A DNA stretch of 64,000 bases from Tubiluchus corallicola (Eukaryota > Animalia > Priapulida), in contig JAQGDQ010000116.1 of the NCBI GenBank assembly GCA_030141605.1, positions 124,001-188,000 on the forward strand, written 5' to 3'. The position numbers and the translations under genes were made by a program. This document shows positions 1-15,100 of this stretch, piece by piece. The notes under the pieces were generated by a model. The model worked only from the letters and a program-made list of their open reading frames with translations, did not search any database and was not told the DNA's origin. The stretch's first letter is position 1, and every line of letters starts with the position of its first letter.

Positions 1-333
1 GCATTATAGGTCTCACTACAAGTAAAATGTAACAAAACGTATGCTTTTGCAATAACATTTTTATACAATGAATCATTTAACAATAATAACTGTTCAAAAA
101 GAATCAATAATACTTAGTGCAGTTATAATTAAACTGTGCAAAACTAGATTCAGTAACCTTCTCAGCATGAAAAGTTTATGCACTCACGGGTGTGACATTT
201 CTAAGCTACAGATCTTAACTGTATACATTTAATACAATTTTGAGCATGCTAGCCATTTTGCTGCCTTTCAGTTCCACATCACTATACACTATGCAATGCA
301 CAGTGAAAAGTGTGAAAGCAGATTATCCAGTCA

Positions 334-2298
<1,965 letters not shown>

Positions 2299-2605
2299 GT
2301 TTATCAGTGTTTGAGTAAAATACCTGTAAGAACAAAAATAAAAGGTAAAAGTGCATAAAACACACAGCCAGTGTTTGTTAATTTGTGTAGCAATAGTCTG
2401 AAAATACACAGTACCAGCGCCAATGATGAAACACAATACTGTAGAAAAGACCTACTTGCTTTTTAATCTATCAGTTTCAAATAATGCCCCATTAGATACT
2501 AAAAGTACAATTAGATATTGAAGTACAACCAACTGCAGACTAAGCCAAGCAGTAGCTGCTCTACCCAGAAAATGAAATAAATGAGACTCCACAATTCAGC
2601 TAGAG

Positions 2606-2966
2606 CAGTGGCTCCTAAACTTTCTCGGACCGTTACCCAAATCGGGAAACCCGGTCGTGTCCATTACCCCCCACCTAGTACTACTTCTCCAACTCAAAAA
2701 GTAAACACATGTATATGCCACAAGCAAGCAAAATTATTTATGTTTGCTCGTGACATAAATAAATTTCCAGGTGTTGTTGTTGTATTGTTGCCAAAACAAG
2801 AATTACAATTACTGAACCTGCCGGAGGCCGTCTCTTCAAGAAGAAAACTGTAAAATGCATTCCGAGCGAAGTTTTAAAAATTTTCAGAGGGGTGCCCGTT
2901 ACCCGCCCCCCCAAAAAAACCATATTACCCCCAGGGGGTAATTTACCCCTACTTTGGGAACCACTG
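2606..2966. mobile_element. hAT (Charlie-like) non-autonomous MITE
   Basis: Ends CAGTGGCTCCTAAA ... TTTGGGAACCACTG (imperfect TIRs). Flanked by an 8-bp near-duplication AGCTAGAG (2598-2605) / AGCTAAAG (2967-2974), the TSD length typical of hAT elements. Confidence 0.85.
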
Positions 2967-5527
2967 AGCTAAAGGGTAGGGGAAAGCACTGTAAGCTCAG
3001 CCTCCACCTATGCATGCTACATTTGAGTGTATTCTGGAAGGCTTAGCTGCAAATCAAATTTAAGAAGTATAATTTTCTTGAATGTGTTATATTACATAAT
3101 CATGTATTTATCTACTACTGGAACGATTCAACTTTTTATTTGAGTCATGTGACATAATCTCATTAAATTAAGTCTAGTGATTCAAAACAAAAGATTTTCC
3201 ACAATAAGTATAATTGGTAAGTTATAACTTTACTTAAAATCTCATGTTCTCAACTTACTTTTGACTAAAAAATTACAGCATAAAAATAGGTACGTGTTAA
3301 GTTGCCTAATAACTTTACATTGCACTCCTAGTTAGTCAGTACTGCATGGACTATATTATCAAAGATGTATAAATTTCTGAGTAGAATGTAGCACATGTAG
3401 CAATGTAGAATGTAAATAATGTAATATATATAAATAATGTTGTATAATTATGTAGTGGTGCCAGATTCTTTTACCTGCTCCTAGCCTGAGGCCCGGAGCT
3501 AAGATAAAATTTAATATATAATATAGCAACAGCTTAATCTAGTTTTTTAATTAAAGTCTGTAAACGTTAACTTGTTGTGTATCGACATATGTACCATATC
3601 GTGACTTAGGTGAATCGTTATAGATCTACAAATTTCACTGCAATTTTGACAATTATCAGTTCCTTGATAAATAGGTCAAAATTATGAATAGTCAATGCTC
3701 AATATTAGTAGCAAATTGCTAAGATAAACTGCATTTGAAACAGCAGCTTAAAACTATTTTGATAGGGCTATACAGATGATTAAATTATATTGAACGAGTT
3801 AGAGATACATTTTTTACAAAATTTCAGCAAAGAGTAATCCCTGATTATTCAATATTATAAATAATATATTAATATTGGTAGTAACAGACCAAAGATATGC
3901 CTACAATATACTAATCTACTATGAGACAGTAATGGAACTTGCATGCTATAATAATAAGAAAACCTGTCACACATATTCTGGGTAGTGCAGCTGTGTTGTG
4001 ATTGTGTTATGACTGTTGTGTGATTATTGTTTATTATTGTGATTATTGACAAATAGAGCATACAATGACCATCAAGACTGAAAGATGGTATACAAAAATG
4101 ACTAACGTTTCAAGTTACTACCGATTAGCACCATTTTGTTGAGTAAAAAATTTCTAATGTGTCATATTATGAAATCCAAATGTCTCAGACTTTGTAGGCC
4201 TACATGCGTAGTAAATTGTATAATAATGGGAGTAGCATTTATTTAATACATGCAAACTTGATATAATCAAATTAATTTGATCTTTTGACACAACAGTTTG
4301 TCATTAGGGCAGATCTAATGTGAGGGTGGAAAAACTGTCTTCAAATATTTCTTATTTTACATTATTCCATAATTATTTAACTATTTTGCAGTTAAGCTAA
4401 AGTGACTTTCTTAAAAAGTGAGATATGGATAGAAATGGAATTTTAGAGGCCAAATTTAAGAGTGGATTGTTTAATTTTTCTTGCTTTACATTGCTTGACA
4501 TTAAGAAATGAGCATTAGATTAGACCTACATATTTCCATTACTTGGCTGTGCTGCAAATTGCATTTCTGTGTACTGCATAAGTATCGTACACAATAAGAA
4601 TGATAATTTATTAATTACAATACTGTAATACTGTGTAATTGTTATCTTGGCTGAAAGACCTACCCGTCTTATGTACATAAGACTAAGAACGGGAAAATCT
4701 ACACATTATTGTTTTGCAGTGACAGAAGATTATTAACAGATAACTTTATGACGCTGCATAGTTCCGATTCATTGTTGCAGAGTGATGCTAAAAAACTAAA
4801 GTATACGGCAATGTGCCAGCTTTCATGCATGTGACAGATGACATATAAAGGTGTTGTTAGCGTGTCATACTCATAGTATTACTAGTAGTAGTAAATTAAA
4901 CTTAGCATACAGTGGCTATGCCAGGTCTTTAGGCTATCGTACGGCATTGGACTAGGAAGACAACTTTAGAGAAACAAACAACAATAACGAACGCAAGAGA
5001 GAACGAAAAGAATAAAAAAGGCACAAGACGAGTAAATCGTGCAAAGCCTACATAGACTTCGCCTTATCGATCTAGCCACCACGGCATTATGTATATATGA
5101 CTTGGACGACTTTCTGAGATTTTTAGTATAGTAGCATAAAGCTATTCATACGTGTTAGTATTTTTCAGAAGCTTGCGTGGATAAGCCGCGGCTGTACAAT
5201 GTACACACTAAATTTCGTGTTATTTTTTTCCAACACACGCTTTCTGTGTACGCTTCCATGTTAGTAAAGCTAGCCACTTCATTCAATGACACATTTAACA
5301 GCTAACATATAATTTCAGTTACTAGACGGGATAGAAAAAAACTGAATTACGTAGTTACTTAGGGATGGGTAACAACAAACTTGATTTCAGTAATTAAAAC
5401 TTAATTGTTTATTTTAACTAATCAATAATTAAAATATTAATTAGTTAATTAATTAAGCGGTATAAGATGCCGATTTCTTAAAACTTTATCCTCGACAGCA
5501 CCAAACCTAGGTAGATAGTAATATTAG

Positions 5528-5562
5528 TAATAATGATGATGATGATGTCGGTGATGATGATG

Positions 5563-5594
<32 letters not shown>
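5528..5594. repeat. (TGA)n/(TAA)n trinucleotide microsatellite
   Basis: Read directly from the sequence; it explains the poly-Ile ORF 5478-5660. Confidence 0.95.
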
Positions 5595-5596
<2 letters not shown>

Positions 5597-6131
5597 AGTA
5601 GTAATAAAACATTTCCAATAAAAGTACTAAATATGCTGTAGTATAAGGAATTTTGTTCAAATGTTATACAAATTATCAACAACAACAAGCAAATTCACAG
5701 TCTTAACTGATGGTGAAAGAAGTCCTCCATTGCTGTCCATGCTGACAATGTTTCAATTTGAATGTTAACAGAACACGGAATTTCTAAACGCAACCTCGTA
5801 ATTGTCTGACGATTAATGCCGTTGAGTGTTGGTGCCTTTATTCTGGTTACATTATGGTAGTTCAATGCTGTCCTTGCAATCGTACCAGCTGTTGTGTTTT
5901 GTTTCTCTCGGAAGGCTCGTAGAGAAAACTAGAAAACACGCCGTCAAATAAAACTAGGTTATTTAGCTAGAATTCTACAACACAAAAGTATGAAGGAACA
6001 AGAAACGATTACTGTAAATGTGAAAATCTGGAAAACGTTTAAGTATATCTGAAAATGTAAGTATACAAGTATATGTCCGTGCGAGATTTGAGTGTGTCCT
6101 GTGTGCTCCCGTGTCGGTGGCCTGCTTTGCC

Positions 6132-6236
6132 TTATATAGCGTGCTGAAAAAACTTCCAGAAGTAATGTTCCTGGACATTCCAGACAAGTAAGGCGGTCAT
6201 TCCAAAGGAACATTCTACAATGTTCTATGTAATTCT
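6132..6236 (-). promoter_or_regulatory. Heat-shock-type core promoter: two HSE arrays plus TATA box
   Basis: TATATAA on the minus strand at 6138-6132. Proximal alternating nGAAn/nTTCn units: TTC6154-GAA6159, then TTC6168-GGA-TTC6178-GAC. Distal array in 5-bp register: GAA6208-TTC6213-CAA-TTC6223-TGT-TTC6233. Layout resembles HSF-driven hsp promoters. Confidence 0.7.
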
Positions 6237-7039
6237 AACAGATGCCAGCAATCTCCACAACAAACACCGGCAAATTGATTTACGTTTTCAAGTAATATGG
6301 AAATGCACAGTTGCCATCTTTTGATCTTTTGTCAAAATCACATCGTCTATTGGTCCTACCTCTACGGCAGTACAGTAATTTTTGTTAGTGGGGTACAAAA
6401 ACAATGAATAAATTTCAGAACAACTATTACACCAAAGTATCACTGAAACTTTGCAAGTTAGGTCTTCTATCTTAGCTGCATGTCCCTTTAGCTTGGCCAA
6501 GTCATGCCGCAAATGAAAGAAAAGGTTATTTTTTAAAGGTGCAGCAGGCCAACTTCTTGCTTCCTGGAGGGAATATAATTGCCAGTTTTCTTAACACTCC
6601 ATCTTGCCATCAGCAAACCTAGACTTCATGCAGGCATCAGATGCATCAGTAAATCTATTACAGATGCACATAAATGCGTAGAAAAAAATCTGCTTTCAGT
6701 AATATACAAAGTGGGTCTAAGACCACTTTAACGACGACTAGTGTAATTAAATTCAATTTTTTGTCTCTTTTACACGATATAACAATGTACAATATTTATA
6801 TGAGAACAATGCTGATATGATAATTGAGACAGGGTGGCTTAATTTAGTCACATAATTAATGGGTCACTTAGCAGCCACCCCTGGTTATGCAACATTAATT
6901 AGTATGGTTAATCATGTAACCCTAGTTGCAGCTTTGTGCGAGACTTTTTTAATTGTGAAAGTCTGCCATTTTGAAAAAAACGAGTGTTGCATACTGCTGT
7001 GCATGCATCCAGCCCTTAGAAATTACACTCTTGCCAGTG

Positions 7040-7470
7040 CCAGGAGAAACTATTACCCTGCAGTATTAAGTCCCAAGATAGCAATAGTGTACCAGTATTG
7101 TGGAATTTATCAAGCCAAATTATTGCAAGTTATGCCTTTTGTCAAATGGCCAGATATCTGCTGTACATTTGCTGATCGAAAAATTGCCTGAGTATTTGTG
7201 TGGCAGCCAACACTTTTTCATTTACTTCATTCAAATAAAGGGAACGTATGATTTTGTCAATAGGGTACTCAAAGATCTGACAATTAAGGAGTACAGGAGC
7301 AATTCGTTATCAGACAATTAAAATAACGTACATGCTCAGTGCTTACATCTCAATCCCCATGTTAATACATGAAACAACAAGTCAAACATCCATGCATGGT
7401 CACTGGCTCAATGTACAGTGCTAATTTCGACTAGTCTCACTTCACCTGTGGAGTACCTCAGGGATGTGTG
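7040..7470 (+). mobile_element. Degraded LINE reverse-transcriptase fragment (RTE-like)
   Basis: Broken frames give LLIEKLPEY...FIQIKGTYDFVNR (cf. EKxxEY...FIDLxKAYDSVxR) and GVPQGCV (RT GVPQG motif). Confidence 0.6.
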
Positions 7471-8879
7471 TAGCTAAGTACGATCCCAACTTGTTCAACA
7501 CTCATTGTCTATCTGATAACAAAAATCCGCAGCTACATGTGGCGCTATGCTCGTTATCATATACGAGATGACTTTGATTATGTGATCTATCATTCAACTA
7601 ATATTTGCTATGAATAACGGAGTCTTAAGATCTGTACAGCACTTCTTGTATTTTTATCGGAAGGCGCTTACTATATAGTAGCGATGATCCATGAGAATGC
7701 CTGATTTTTCATTATGTTATGCATCCAGTTTTGTAGTTTTTAATTCTTGTTAGTTTGCAAATGGAGAGCGCTAAAGTCACAAAACTTACATGTAGATGCT
7801 CCGTAGAAAGTGTCAATGTGTGGATGGTGAGCATGCAGTAACCTCGATCGAAGAATTAAACACACTTCTCCTGGGGCTTTAAATTAAACTAAATTTTTTG
7901 ACAGTTATTGCAAGGAAGATGTGTAAAAAAAGCTAGAATTCTTTAAGAATCCGATTGAGACCCAAAATGGGTAACTTGAAGAGTACATATTTTATTATAG
8001 TGTGGACTTGAGGAAACTTGCATTGACTGAAGACGGCTATGGCAGAGACTCAAACTATGGTATGCTTAAAAAAGTGGTATTGTTTAATTTAGCACTCCAT
8101 GATAGGAATGGTGTGGTGAACATGCAGTGACCGTGGTCAAAGGGTTGAAGACATTTGTCCATTGGACATTGGTCAGTTTTTTCGTTAACATTCAACAATT
8201 CAACATCTCCTATGACTTTAGTTAAATTCAATTTTTTTCACTGATGTTTTTAGGTATTGCGGGACAGTGCACGTGTATTGGGGTTCTAAAAGCAAAGATT
8301 CTTTCAGTGCTTGAGATAGAACAGAATTTACACTGAGTAACTCTAAAACTATAGTAGCTAGGGTCACAAAAGCTGCTGGGAAGATTCCTGGGCCTGGGGT
8401 AGGGACTCCAGATACAAAAAATAGTATAATTTTCAAAATTATTATATGTAAGGTGCACATAAGTAAGGAGTAATGGTACAGAACAATTTATCGCATCAAT
8501 CAAAATATTTTTATGTTAGTGTTGTTAAGGTTCGGGGAACATTAATTTTATCTCCTACGATGTCTTTCAGCAGTTTCGTGATCGCTCATCCTGGTATTAC
8601 TAAGATCTATTGCAAAGGGCGCGTAATTAAACAAAACCGAAATAAATCACTTCGCATAAGTGCTGAAATGGGGAATCTATTTGTATGCATCAGCTGATTT
8701 TGGTGATGAATGATGTTCAACGTATATAATAAACTGTTATGTACAGAAAGCCTTCACTATTTCATTCATGTTCGACAGTCAAAGATGCAGGTACAGTAAT
8801 CAGCCAGTGTTCCTTGTGACTTACAAGAGTAAACATCATATAGCAAATAAGAGCAAAGAGTTAAAAAGTTTGAAAAATT

Positions 8880-9447
8880 GAGCATAAGACTAAATATCTG
8901 ACAGTTAAGGAGAAACTGAAAATTTTAGAGCAGTACGATAAACTTCCAAAAATGGCACAGAGGTGTGCAACAGCACATTTGAAAATGTGGAATTTAGGCA
9001 TTACTTCGTTTCTAAAATTCATTAAAAACCTTTGCAGTGCATACTAAGCTGATGACTCATCCGGAAAAAAACCGTCCCTTATACTTAGTTATAGCTGAAG
9101 TTGAGTCAGACTGATGGTGTATCTCTAGACCTGTACGTTTCTGTGCTTTTACCCATATTTTTATGGGTTATTGCTACACATTCAGTGCAAATGGTATGTA
9201 GGACACGGGACCTGATGATGTCGTCCCTTATAACCGAAAGTTCCTTATATATGACGATTTTTACTGCGGAAAAACGTTACGAAAAATCGGGACCAGTGTG
9301 GTGGCCCCTTATAAGCGAGTGTCCCTTATAAGCGAGTACCTTATACCGGAGGTTAACTGTACTTCTATACCAGTAATACTACACCCATCAGTTAAATGGG
9401 TCAAAACACTCTGGTCCCAAAGGGAGTCTATTAAGCAGTGCCTACTG
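8880..9447 (+). mobile_element. Tigger/pogo derivative with N-terminal HTH remnant, interrupted by a second MITE fragment (about 9061-9361)
   Basis: KTKYLTVKEKLKILEQYDKLPKMAQRCATAHLKM resembles a CENP-B/Tigger HTH. 8990-9060 and 9362-9447 are near-identical reverse complements of 37589-37750. Ends CTACTG followed by TA. Left boundary is approximate. Confidence 0.7.
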
Positions 9448-9519
9448 TAAAATGTGACTCGCAGTAATACATTACAACAAATTTCACTAAATCATATTTA
9501 AGCTATACGACCGCTATTG

Positions 9520-10080
9520 TCAATGGCAGTGCTCATTGGAATCGGATACCACAGTCAGCAATTTCTTTTTCCAGCCAAAAACGAACTAACCGGTCGCTGC
9601 ACCAAACACGACACCCAGACACAACCAAACATTGTACGTCATGAATATTAACATAAGTAAATAACTGATACAGACTTGGAACAAATGTATCGTTGTCTGC
9701 ACTATGTGTACTTGATGTTTCGGCTGGCTGATATACACCGTACCTTCGTCATCTCTCTTCTCAGGTGTTGGACTGCAGTACTAGACTGGTTGCACTTTCT
9801 GCGTGCACAGCAGTAAATATTCACGTAGCAATTTTAGTCCCTCGTACAGCACTGAAAGCATGAAACAAATGACTACGGCACCAAACATGCTGCCGGCCGA
9901 AGTCAGATGCCAAGCATCGAATAAGATGATTTCATTTGTGCCAAAATGAAACCACATCTTCATTTGATAATCACCAATGGTTGGGTGATGAGACATGGAC
10001 TTTGTTTCATCCTCTGCCATGCCATCATGAGGGGAGTTTTTCATCATCGTCATTTCACTATCATGAGTTTCATGTGTCAT
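9520..10080 (-). pseudogene. SLC31A1: CTR1/SLC31A-family copper transporter, intronless full-length frame with two internal TAG codons
   Basis: His/Met-rich N-terminus, MKMWFHFG, LYEGLKLLRE, then past the stops [33 protein letters not shown]...NEHCH-TGA (MxxxM, GxxxG and C-terminal HCH). TAG at 9783-9781 and 9588-9586; no frameshift; 186 codons. Confidence 0.85.
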
Positions 10081-12101
10081 GATCGTTAAGCTCTTCCACT
10101 ACAGAACTACAGATAAGTATTAAAAATAGAATTCTGCTCTTCTAATTTACTCCTGCGTGCCAAAAATTATTATATACCTGCAGGAGGACAACTGTTAACA
10201 TATTTAGATTTTGCACAGAAAGACTTAAACACTTAGAAATAAATCCACTTGGGGCATTGCAACGAGTAGGGAGTCCTGGCATAGGGAGGTGAGCAGAATC
10301 ATGTCCCTGTACGTATGATTCATTGGATGATGATGATGATATATAATAATTTTAATAATTCTTTGTCATGTCAAGTACTGCAAGAATTATGCAACGTGTT
10401 ATCTTATGACGAGATTACCTCATTATGAATAAAGCTACCCGGAGTGACAGCCTTACAAGATTCGCGAACAGAAACACAATTTGAATATGAGAAAGCTCTT
10501 TTTATGTGGTAAGGCAAAAGAGCCGGATTCTATGGTTAGGTGTCTTTGAGTTATGCAAACTCGCTTTTTGCATACTTTAAGATTTCCAGTGAGTGCAGGA
10601 GCCGGCGAGTAGGTACTCCCTATTCCATCGCACTTCATCTAGTCCAGCACATAACTAATGAAGTTCCGCAGGGCTTCATTACGTAAATGGAAGTATTTAG
10701 TTTAGTCACTCTAATTGTTGCCATCACCTTGCTTCTGAAATGTCATAACAGCAATTGAAACATTTGCTTTTCTTAGCAAGAGAATGTATCGTGATAGGAC
10801 TACTATTATTTTTTTCTATATTATCTTCCTTTACTACCAGCTAATACATTAGTGAAAAGCATGAGTATTTGTTTATTTAATCCTGGTATCGAAGCGTTGT
10901 ACTACTATAAAAGATAAACTTTTGAACATTCTTAGTTTCTTCACCTTTGTTGAAATAAGTTGTTAGCAAAATTTAATTGTAAGCAACCTGGTGAGCCTGC
11001 ACAGAACCAAATGGTGCTTTTTGCTACTTGTTGGTTCTTGCAGTATAATTAACAACCGTTGGCCCCTTGCTAACCCTTCTGTTAGGTTAAAATTTTATGC
11101 ATCTATGAGTACACTATGAGGGAAATATTTAAATGAATGACTTCATAAGTTTCATACTAAAGCAGTGGCTTTTCTATTTGATTTTCACATTTTTATTGTA
11201 TGAGAACAATAAAACTTGATAAAATTTTCTATTACAATTCCTTTACAACCCTTTGCAGTAATAACAAACGATTAGATATGGCTTTATGACGCCACAATTA
11301 TAAACTCTTGCTTCCATTTGTGAATTTTTGTATATTAAGTATAAATTATTTGATCATGATTGCAGGTAGCTCGAAAAAGCGAATGTGATTGTGATTACAA
11401 TAAAAAATCTTCATGGTCATGATCATGACCTCAATCAGTTTTTATGACTGCTAACAAAAGTGACAATAACAGCTCTAGAAATTGGAACTGTCCCATGAAT
11501 AAAAGGATTTCTGGCAACTATTTTTATACATAATTAAATTGTAACTGCCGATTAATATGTAAAATTGGTGCGTTATGTAAACGTTTGCCTTATTCTGTGA
11601 GTTTAGAATTTCACTTGGAAGTATTCAGCTTTTTAAAAAATTTTCCTATATTTTATGTGGTACATGATAGAATATAATTTTGCAATTTGAGCAAGACATT
11701 TAAAGTGTTTTTCTGTATTTCTAATTATTTTATAATGTATTTTACTATCACCATCACTCCATTAAGCAGCTCACATAACTAGACTAATATTTCTTCATGA
11801 TGAAGCTAATTTCTCAACTAACTTGCAGTGACGGGCTACTACTTTTTTCATCTGAAAGTTATGTTCTACTGGTAACGTAGAATTATATACCTTACATGGC
11901 ACTTGCAACGCCACACTAGCGGCATAAACGTAGAGCTATTTATGTATTGAATTGATATGTTTCAGTTGGTGATGTTCATATTAAAAAAAATTGTATGTTA
12001 TTATTTTCTAGATTATAAGACACAGCTACCAATTATTATGAGTTGAAAGCTGTCTGAAGAGTATTTGCCACATAGTGCTTATCTTTGAGGATCAAATCGT
12101 C

Positions 12102-15100
12102 ATGAAAGAAAGTGTGACAACAGCTGGAACTGTGACTGCTAATGTGGTACCTGCCGTGTTACCTAGTGTCAGACTGAGTTTAACCATAGTTTACACAGTT
12201 CTTTATTCATTTTTATTCTTTGCTGTTTTTCTGCAGTTGATACTCATACTGTATTATAGACATAAGAGACTGAGCTACCAAAGTGTGTTTCTGTTTCTAT
12301 GTTTAATATGGTCAGGACTGCGCACCACTTTATTCAGTTTTTATTTTGAAGAAGAAAATATTGTTCTCGTAAACAATTTATCATCGTTTTGGTATTGGCT
12401 TCTCTACTGCTGTCCAGTTTGTCTTCAGTTTTTTACTCTGTGCCTCCTTACAGAATTTTTCACTCAGGTAATTTTATTCAGTTCTATTATCCTTTGTTTT
12501 AAGTTGAATATGCTGGCTACTATTGCACAATTTTTACTCTGTAGTTATTATGTGGTCCACTTCGTGGTATTTTTCCTTGATCAAAACATTTTTGTGTAAC
12601 TTTTCTCGCATTTTCCTATTAAAAATATTTATAAAATGATTTAGCTTAAGCCTACACAGACTTTGAATGGAAATTTAAATTTCTTATTTGGTTGCAAGAA
12701 AGGTAATATGTTTATTTTCATAATTTTAGATGGTATTTCGGGCAAAAGCTAGAAATGGATTAAGCAGATGCAGGTATAATGTGTTTAATATATCAGATGT
12801 ACTTTTTATACATTACATGTTGTTTTTTATCTCAGAGCAAAATCTTTAAAGAAGGCACATAAACAAAATTTTTTTGGTTTTGTACCTCCACAAGCAAAAC
12901 TGATACACAGTCAGAACCTAAGCAGACAATATTCCTACTAAGAAACTATCAGTCGCAGTTATGGTATCATGATTAAGTAGCTATTACTTGTTCTTTTTGA
13001 TATATAGAACTAAGTAGTGTAATAGTATATGTTGAACTTATGTCAATTTACAGTTCTGTTAACTTTCATATACTTTCTTTTCAGAAAACCATTTTATGTC
13101 AGCCTGGTAGTGTCCGTGTTGCTTTTTACAATTGTAAACATAGTCAGTGCAGTCTTTACAAAAATATATCGACAAGACATCCACGAGTCAGTTCCATTAT
13201 CACTTATTTATCTGAGAGTTATTGTAAACGATGGTCTTTTCATTGCTCAGGGAATTCTCTTGTCCATTGCACTTTATCAGCTAGCAACTGTATCAACAGC
13301 AACTTTGTTGCTAGAAGCTAGGGTATGTTGTATCATTCTTTGATTGTTTCTATTACTCTGTTAATTTAGGAAATGATTTTAGTTGCCTTTTTGCCTGGGT
13401 TTAGCGAGAGGCGAGTTGCTGTTTGTCATTGAAACTACCTCTGATGAGGCTTCTAAAATGCTGAACACCAAAAATGTGCTGCGTATGTCTAAATGTCCTA
13501 CTCTTACAACTGTTGAATTCTTGTGTCTGAATGTCCTCCTCTTACAATTGATGAATTCTTATGCCTAAATGGCCTATATGTCCGATTGACCCGTGTGTTC
13601 AAATAACTTATGCACTTCAAATACCTCGTGTACAAATTACGTACCTTGTGTACAAATTATCTATGTGTATGTGTTACCCATATGCTTTCCGGTGTCCAAA
13701 TGTGTATGTCTATTTTAATCAAAATTTAGGGCCTGAGGCAATAGCCTTATTAGCCTAATGATTTTATACCCCCACTTGGAGCATGGAGGGTCATACTTGC
13801 TAAAGAGTTAGGTTTCAGCACTGTCACAATCATACATCATTAGCAATAAGCCCTGCTATTGGGTGCTAGATTTTCATCTGCAGTCAGCCTAATTGTGTAA
13901 AAACATAATGTTGTAAATGTTTGTTAAATATCATTTTGCTTGTTTTGTTTTTGCTAATCTTGATCATATTTTGCAAGTACAATTAACTTTTTTCAGGGTA
14001 CAAGTAAATGTCAAGCAGTTACAGCATGTGTATTTGTAGTTCTACTATATACCTCACGGGCTATTTATAATATGCTGGTGGTGCTCTCTCATGACATTCG
14101 TCTACCAGCCTTTGGCTATAGCTGGACAAATGTGTCAGACCAGGTAATAGAAAAGAAATGTGAATATTACTTTCTGTTGGTAAACACATCATTCAATAAA
14201 CTGGTTTTATTCGGTTTACTGATTGTTTCAAAGTGCATTGTGCTAGATCATGAATGTTGCATTTGCATTTTCATTCTGCTTTGCGAAGAAATTTACTGAT
14301 GCACATTTCTTTATCTTTTTTTTTTTGTTTTAGGCTGATATTATTGGTAAAGATCTCACAAACGTATATGTGTCATTCGGAGTAATTTTGTTCATTTGGG
14401 AGTTTCTTCCGACATTTGTAGTCATCTGTTTCTTTCGAGTGCGAATTCCTGAAGGTAGAATGGTGCGTCTCTTTAAATGCTGTTTTTCTAAATTATGAAG
14501 TTTCAATGCAGTTTTTCACTAATTAACTTAAGAAGGCTTGAGTATACCAGACTTTTATTCACAACAGAAGCAATATGGATATAACAGTAATACAGTAAGC
14601 CTCGGGAAATGAGTCATTTGCGTAGCATTTCATGTTAATTTATACTTGCAAGTTTAATTAAATTTGAAGGTCTTAAATGATGCAACATTTGGAAAAGTTG
14701 CAGTTTTAATTGTCTATTGAATTTACTTTACCAAGTTTTCAAGTTTCTCTTGTTCAGTCTTAGCTCTTTAACCTCATACTACTATCATTCTTAGCAAATA
14801 AAGCACTCGGTGCATTGTAACACAAAAGCACAGTCGCGCAAGTTTTTTGAAAATGCTGCTTTTTGTATAAAAATTTAATTGTGCATGTGCCGTTCATATG
14901 TGCATGCTTTAATTAAGTATTTTGTGATTCAACTTTTTTCATTTTAAGTATGCTGTTTTTTTGTGAATTTTTTTTTCTTGAATATATTTGAGGGTGACTG
15001 CAACCATTTTTCTAGTAATGTAGATTTTTGGGTAATTCTAAACTTAGCTGCTAAATGCATAATTAATTATTCAGATTTCATTTGTCATTGGAGTCGTTCG

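Noticed and set aside
4106-4133. Upstream coding exon for IARS2 (ATGGTGCTAATC...AAAC/GTTAGT, minus strand)
   Set aside because: Its phase does not match the acceptor at 2324; splicing gives an early TGA.
9586-9783. Genome-wide TAG reassignment or selenocysteine insertion
   Set aside because: No other reconstructed gene has an internal TAG, GPR137 appears to end on TAG, and Sec uses TGA.
13441-13470. Hammerhead-like CTGATGAG motif (also at 48471)
   Set aside because: No GAAA core and no convincing stems.
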